Origin: Paludibacter propionicigenes
GTDB taxonomy: Bacteria > Bacteroidota > Bacteroidia > Bacteroidales > JAFGXI01
Reading direction: 5' to 3'
Assembly (NCBI GenBank): GCA_020721655.1
Contig: DYMG01000003.1
Location: 1 to 57,804, forward strand
DNA: 57,804 bases
Shown: positions 55,629-57,804 of the stretch, in pieces
How the letters are laid out: every line of letters starts with the position of its first letter
Position numbering within the stretch: position 1 is the stretch's first letter
The notes under the pieces: generated by a model
Told to the model about the DNA's origin: nothing
The model's database searches: none
The model's input: the letters and a program-made list of their open reading frames with translations, nothing else
Program-made: the position numbers and the translations under genes

Positions 55629-55669
55629 AAAAAAATCTCCTGTGTTTTACGTTTGTAAATTACAGGAGA
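55629..55669 (-). terminator. intrinsic terminator after rplU-rpmA
   Basis: TCTCCTGT (55636-55643) pairs with ACAGGAGA (55662-55669). On the minus strand the hairpin is followed by T7. Confidence 0.7.
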
Positions 55670-55694
55670 CAGAATATGGTTTAAGAATATTTTT

Positions 55695-56015
55695 TTATTC
55701 TTCTACTTTTACTGTTTCAACAGGTTTCTTAACAGGTTTTTCTGTAACAGTAACTTCTTCTACTTTGTTTTGTACAGAAACGTAAGATCTGTCGTTACGT
55801 TTTCTTGTAAATTTAACAACTCCGTCTGTTAAAGCGTATAGAGTATGGTCTCTGCCAATTCCTACATTTTCACCAGGATTGTGAACGGTTCCTCTTTGGC
55901 GAACAATAATATTTCCTGCAACAATTGCTTGTCCTCCAAATATTTTAACACCTAATCTCTTGCTTTCCGACTCTCTACCGTTTCTTGAACTACCAGCTCC
56001 TTTTTTATGTGCCAT
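55695..56015 (-). CDS. rpmA: 50S ribosomal protein L27 (with a ~20-aa C-terminal extension)
   Basis: [24 protein letters not shown] and IIVRQRGT are canonical L27. It is 106 aa long and carries a V/K/E/T-rich tail. Confidence 0.97.
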   Translation of the reverse strand: MAHKKGAGSSRNGRESESKRLGVKIFGGQAIVAGNIIVRQRGTVHNPGENVGIGRDHTLYALTDGVVKFTRKRNDRSYVSVQNKVEEVTVTEKPVKKPVETVKVEE

Positions 56016-56050
56016 TATCTATTTTTTTATTGAAAATTAAAAACCAAATA

Positions 56051-56365
56051 TTATTTCGCAGAAATTTTTTCTATCATCAATTCTGTAAAGTTTTGACGAT
56101 GTCCGTTTCTAATTTGGTATCCTTTTCTTCGTTTCTTTTTAAAAACTATTACCTTATCACCTCTTAAGTGAGAAACTACTTTAGCATCAATTGAAGCACC
56201 ACTAACTATAGGGTCGCCAATTTTTACATTTTTATCGTCATCTATAAGAAGAATTTTGTCTAATTTAACAGTTTTACCTTCTTCTTCGGCTAATCTGTGT
56301 ACATAAACTTTTTTTCCTTCTTCAACTTTAAATTGCTGCCCTGCTATATCTACTATTGCGTACAT
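56051..56365 (-). CDS. rplU: 50S ribosomal protein L21
   Basis: MYAIVDIAGQQFKVEEGKKVYV and FKKKRRKGY are canonical L21. It lies immediately upstream of rpmA. Confidence 0.97.
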   Translation of the reverse strand: MYAIVDIAGQQFKVEEGKKVYVHRLAEEEGKTVKLDKILLIDDDKNVKIGDPIVSGASIDAKVVSHLRGDKVIVFKKKRRKGYQIRNGHRQNFTELMIEKISAK

Positions 56366-56393
56366 TTACAATGTTTTTTTTTATTTAGGACTG

Positions 56394-56424
56394 CAAAATT
56401 ACATATTCTTTATATAATTTCAAA
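56394..56424 (-). promoter_or_regulatory. promoter (TTTG-N19-TAATTTTG on the minus strand) for rplU-rpmA
   Basis: Plus-strand CAAAATTA at 56394-56401 and CAAA at 56421-56424. This is a perfect -7 box with consensus spacing to the -33 TTTG. Confidence 0.5.
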
Positions 56425-56721
56425 AGATATTTGCTTTTTTTTGTCTATATTGTTAAAAAAGTAATTAACATTAATTTGTTTGTAGGTGTTTGCAACGTTT
56501 TTTCTAATGAGATAAAATAAATTTTGATAATTTCCGTATTAATTAAATAAATTTCTGATAGAATAACTAAATTAAGAATAATTAGTATGATAATGTATAT
56601 ATTGGGCACTAAAATTGTAGTCGAAAAACGCTTTTAAAATAACTAAAAATTAATTTAATTTATTGATTGTTAGTTCAATAAAGTTTAATTGATGAAAGTG
56701 CTATTTTATTACGTAAGTGGG

Positions 56722-56752
56722 TTTGAAAAAATATAAAAAAAGTGTAACTTTG
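56722..56752 (+). promoter_or_regulatory. promoter (TTTG-N19-TAACTTTG) for rpoD
   Basis: TTTG at 56722-56725 and a perfect TAnnTTTG at 56745-56752, 20 nt upstream of the ATG at 56773. Confidence 0.5.
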
Positions 56753-56772
56753 CAAAAAATTTCGACAATAGT

Positions 56773-57633
56773 ATGAGGCAACTTAAAATAACAAAATCAA
56801 TCACAAACAGAGAAAGTGCATCTTTGGATAAGTATTTGCAAGAAATTGCAAAATACGAACTGATAACAGTTGAAGAAGAGGTGGAATTAGCTCAAAGAAT
56901 AAGGCAAGGCGATAAAGTTGCTGAAGAAAAACTTGTTAGAGCTAATTTACGTTTTGTTGTTTCGGTGGCAAAACAGTATCAAAATCAAGGATTAACTTTG
57001 CCCGATTTAATAAATGAAGGTAATTTAGGTTTAATTAAGGCAGCAAAAAAATTCGATGAAACTAGAGGGTTTAAGTTTATTTCTTATGCTGTTTGGTGGA
57101 TTCGTCAGTCAATAATGCAAGCAGTAAATGAGCAATCTAGAATAGTTCGTTTACCATTAAACCAAGTAAGTACTTTAAGCAAGTATAAAAAAGCTATTGC
57201 TTCGTTTGAACAAGAAAATGAGCGACAACCAACTGCCGAAGAGCTTTCTGTTATTATGGATTTGCCTGTGGAAAAAGTTCTTGAAACAATGAAGGTGTCG
57301 AGTAAAAATATTTCTGTTGATGCTCCTTTTCAAGAAGGGGAAGATGGTAGTTTATTAGACGTTTTAGAAAATTCTGATTCTCCAAGAGTTGATAAAAATT
57401 TATTATCTGAGTCTTTAAGTGTAGAAATTCATAGGGCTTTTGCAACTCTTTCTGAGAGGGAACGTGAAATATTAAGATGTTCTTTTGGTATTGGAACACA
57501 GGAACTTACACTTGAGGAGATTGGTGCAGAATTTGGTTTAACCAGAGAAAGGGTTAGGCAGATAAAAGAAAAAGCCATTCGCAAATTAAGACACAATTCA
57601 AAGAGTAATATTTTAAAAACATATTTAGGTTAA
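56773..57633 (+). CDS. rpoD: primary RNA polymerase sigma factor (Bacteroidota sigma-A type)
   Basis: 286 aa with region 2 ([47 protein letters not shown]), region 3 and region 4 ([29 protein letters not shown]). The short form lacking region 1.1 is typical of Bacteroidota. Confidence 0.95.
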   Translation: MRQLKITKSITNRESASLDKYLQEIAKYELITVEEEVELAQRIRQGDKVAEEKLVRANLRFVVSVAKQYQNQGLTLPDLINEGNLGLIKAAKKFDETRGFKFISYAVWWIRQSIMQAVNEQSRIVRLPLNQVSTLSKYKKAIASFEQENERQPTAEELSVIMDLPVEKVLETMKVSSKNISVDAPFQEGEDGSLLDVLENSDSPRVDKNLLSESLSVEIHRAFATLSEREREILRCSFGIGTQELTLEEIGAEFGLTRERVRQIKEKAIRKLRHNSKSNILKTYLG

Positions 57634-57717
57634 TATTAAAATTGTTTAAATTTAAGAATTCAAATTTTTGTTTGGTGAAATTAGCAATTGAATAAACTAG
57701 AAAATAATACATAAAAA

Positions 57718-57747
57718 AATAAGGCTTTTTTGAGCCTTATTTTTTTT
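57718..57747 (+). terminator. intrinsic terminator after rpoD
   Basis: AATAAGGCT (57718-57726) pairs with AGCCTTATT (57733-57741), followed by a T-run. Confidence 0.7.
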
Positions 57748-57804
57748 ACTAAAAGTTGTTTTTGGGGTTTAAAATTAATACCTGCTTTTGGGTTTACTCA
57801 ATTT

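Noticed and set aside
1-57804. Search for tRNA, rRNA, CRISPR arrays, IS elements, integrases, and prophage or defence islands
   Set aside because: Reading the window showed no T-loop/acceptor-like sequences in the intergenic gaps and no regularly spaced direct repeats. It also showed no transposase or recombinase ORFs and no long terminal inverted repeats.

Overview
This is a very AT-rich, tightly packed chromosomal segment that looks like Bacteroidota, and no base composition was computed. Lineage evidence: an LpxC/FabZ fusion protein, a 286-aa primary sigma factor, three proteins with T9SS type-A C-terminal sorting domains, and many TAnnTTTG '-7' promoter boxes. I support about 50 protein-coding genes. 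Most are housekeeping: frr, pyrH, lpxC-fabZ, lpxA, pheT, mazG, folC, rlmH, tex, ispD, mntP, mtaB, tatA, tatC, serS, rpmA, rplU and rpoD. I found no tRNA, rRNA, CRISPR array, transposase, integrase or recognisable defence island. There is no clear-cut novel multi-gene system, and I say so plainly. The candidates most worth a second look are: (1) a promoter-to-terminator unit for a roughly 80-nt structured RNA in an unusually long 557-bp gap between pyrH and lpxC-fabZ; (2) a free-standing archaeal-type ThrRS editing domain (DTD-like fold) next to tex; (3) an envelope cluster at 41-47 kb with an ECF sigma factor, a TPR anti-sigma-like protein, three proteins with N-terminal CarboxypepD_reg domains, a vWA protein and a TonB-box-plus-plug protein with no beta-barrel; (4) an orphan cytoplasmic histidine kinase with three tandem STAS-like modules; (5) a PD-(D/E)xK-like nuclease domain held between two transmembrane helices. 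All family assignments come from reading motifs in the supplied translations. No HMM, BLAST or Rfam search was run.
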